Of a DNA stretch of 64,000 bases, positions 62,325-64,000 are shown piece by piece. Numbering within the stretch: position 1 is the stretch's first letter; each line of letters opens with the position of its first letter. Position numbers and translations under genes: made by a program. The stretch comes from Phaeosaccion multiseriatum (lineage: Eukaryota; Protista; Ochrophyta, other classes): contig OZ218963.1 in NCBI GenBank assembly GCA_965112735.1, forward strand, positions 3,038,001 through 3,102,000. Reading direction: 5' to 3'. The notes beneath the pieces were generated by a model, which worked only from the letters and a program-made list of their open reading frames with translations, was not told where the DNA came from and ran no database searches.

Positions 62325-63807
62325 TCAATGGGGCTGGCTCCTCTCCTCAGGGACTTCTCCTGCCCCACGAAGAGGCTCGAATTGAGGTGTTCCCAGACAC
62401 CTGACTTGGACGGCAGCAGCATCTGTGTAGCGGCGCGTTCGCACCAGCAGAAGCCTTAAGAGGAGAGATGTTGAAAAGCCCTCTGGCGTCTCGAGCTCAA
62501 CCTTTTGGACGTGCTTGATTGACCTTATGAAGGAGCCCGCCACGGCGACATTGATCGATGCCCAAAGACATCAGGCGATGATGCACGACCGAGTTGATGG
62601 CAAGCGAGTAAAGTTTGAACGCGGGGGGTGAGGAGGGTTCCATCCCCAGCTGGCTGGACGAGAAGCACTGCACTTAACCTGCTGTGGCCAACGTTGGAGA
62701 GGCAGGAGGCGCTGAGTCACCGGGGGAATACCTCTTGCTGATTTTTGTGTGGACGTGTTGAAGGGCAAGTCAAGGTCTTTCATCGCGCACGGCCCGTACC
62801 AGAGTCGCACTGTCTTTGAATCAGGTGCTGGAACTGGCGTGGCCGCTGCTGCAGTCCCTCGCGTCCCCAAGGAACTGAGCTTTGCTGTTCACGAAGATGA
62901 CTAAGAAACAGTAGCTGGGGAAATGGTACAGCCGAAGAGCCGTGGCCAAGTCAAAGCAGCACAGCCGGAGGAAGAAAAACACGTGTACTGCTCAGAAACT
63001 AGTATTCTAAATTGATGACATCATGTTGTGATCACATGGACTCACACACAGCCCCGCACACCCCGACCCCGAACTGAGCGAGAGGCAGTGCCGTTAAAAC
63101 TAGCTGAGTGGCTCAGTGTTTGAGTTTGTAAGCCAAGCTGCCTGGCGTAGGCACCATTTCAGCAGCCCGTGCTGCTCGCTCGCTGTAGAACCTGGAGTCA
63201 AGCAGGCGCGGCGGAGAGCGAGGGAGCAGCACAGGAGAGTTCAAGCGAAACGAGAGTTCCGAGTTTTGAGGCAGGCAGGGGCAGAGTTTCGCCACGTCGA
63301 TTCATGGAGGGCTTCTCAGAGAGGGAAAGCAACCCCTTACTCCTATTTTTGTGTTTCACTGCTTCATACCTGACTTGTCTCAAGCTGTCGCCTTGATTCT
63401 TCCGGAAGGCGTCATGGATGGCGCTCTCGCTGCTCCGCCTACTCGTACTGCTGCTGCTTGGGGAACTGTAACCGTTACTTGTAGCACTGCTGGAGAGGTA
63501 GGACGCCCGGGGAGTCGCAGACGAGTGGGGTATCCGCCCGTTACCGCTACTCCGGGGAGCGTTGGGCCCTTCGAATCGTGACTTGGCCACACCCGTACTG
63601 TGTCTGCGCCCCGGCCTGAGATGGTCCTCCTCTAACACGGTGGTTGTCTCTCGTGGTCGCCCGGACATTGGCGGCGCGGGACTGCCTGGGCCACCAGCTG
63701 CTGCTGCTACTCCTCTAGAGCTCCTGCTGCTCTCCATGCTAAGACTCGAAGCCTTGCTGCCGTTGCTGCTGCGCCCCCCTCGAGGCACTCCTACTGCTGT
63801 ATCACCA

Positions 63808-63843
<36 letters not shown>

Positions 63844-64000
63844 GGCAGTACCCCCTGACCGCTTCTAGTCCTCTCAGCGCCTCCTCCGCTGCTGTTGTTA
63901 CCCTTGGTCGACAGGGATAATCTACTGAACGCCGTCGCATCGACCTCCGTAGAACAAGACGTCAGCGCCGCAGCAGCAGCCCTTCCTGGCGCTCTCCTCT
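62325..64000 (-). CDS. 3' part of an uncharacterised multi-exon gene extending past the window
   Basis: Successive open segments (63788-63390 Ser/Arg-rich, 63295-63113, 62870-62730, 62543-62325) with plausible splice sites; no recognised domain. Confidence 0.45.

Overview
Gene-dense, intron-rich, GC-rich eukaryotic nuclear DNA with many GGA/CAG/CA/GA microsatellites. A signal peptide followed by 'VSAFVP' (ASAFAP-type bipartite plastid targeting) suggests an alga with a complex red-derived plastid, most likely an ochrophyte (inference). About 19 spliced protein-coding genes can be rebuilt by hand: Rab32/38-like GTPase, ECD, NUP42/NUPL2-like, RNI-type LRR protein, SEC12/PREB, Elongin B, RPS15A, PEX19, MIC10, YafJ-like class II glutamine amidotransferase, DIS3L-like RNase, sulfotransferase-like protein, Kelch protein, ZC3H11-like, ORANGE-like plastid protein, PEX4, katanin p80, an LYR protein and an unknown gene running off the right edge. 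Two ~5 kb islands of decayed transposons each sit between the start codons of a divergent gene pair. The first holds a Dada-like DDE transposase fragment with direct repeats; the second holds P-element-like halves in opposite orientation. Other notable items are three small inverted-repeat (MITE-like) elements that share a terminal motif but have unrelated interiors, a C/D box snoRNA candidate in an RPS15A intron, and an unexplained structured-RNA candidate at ~25.75-26.05 kb. All family assignments are from recognised motifs; no database searches were run.
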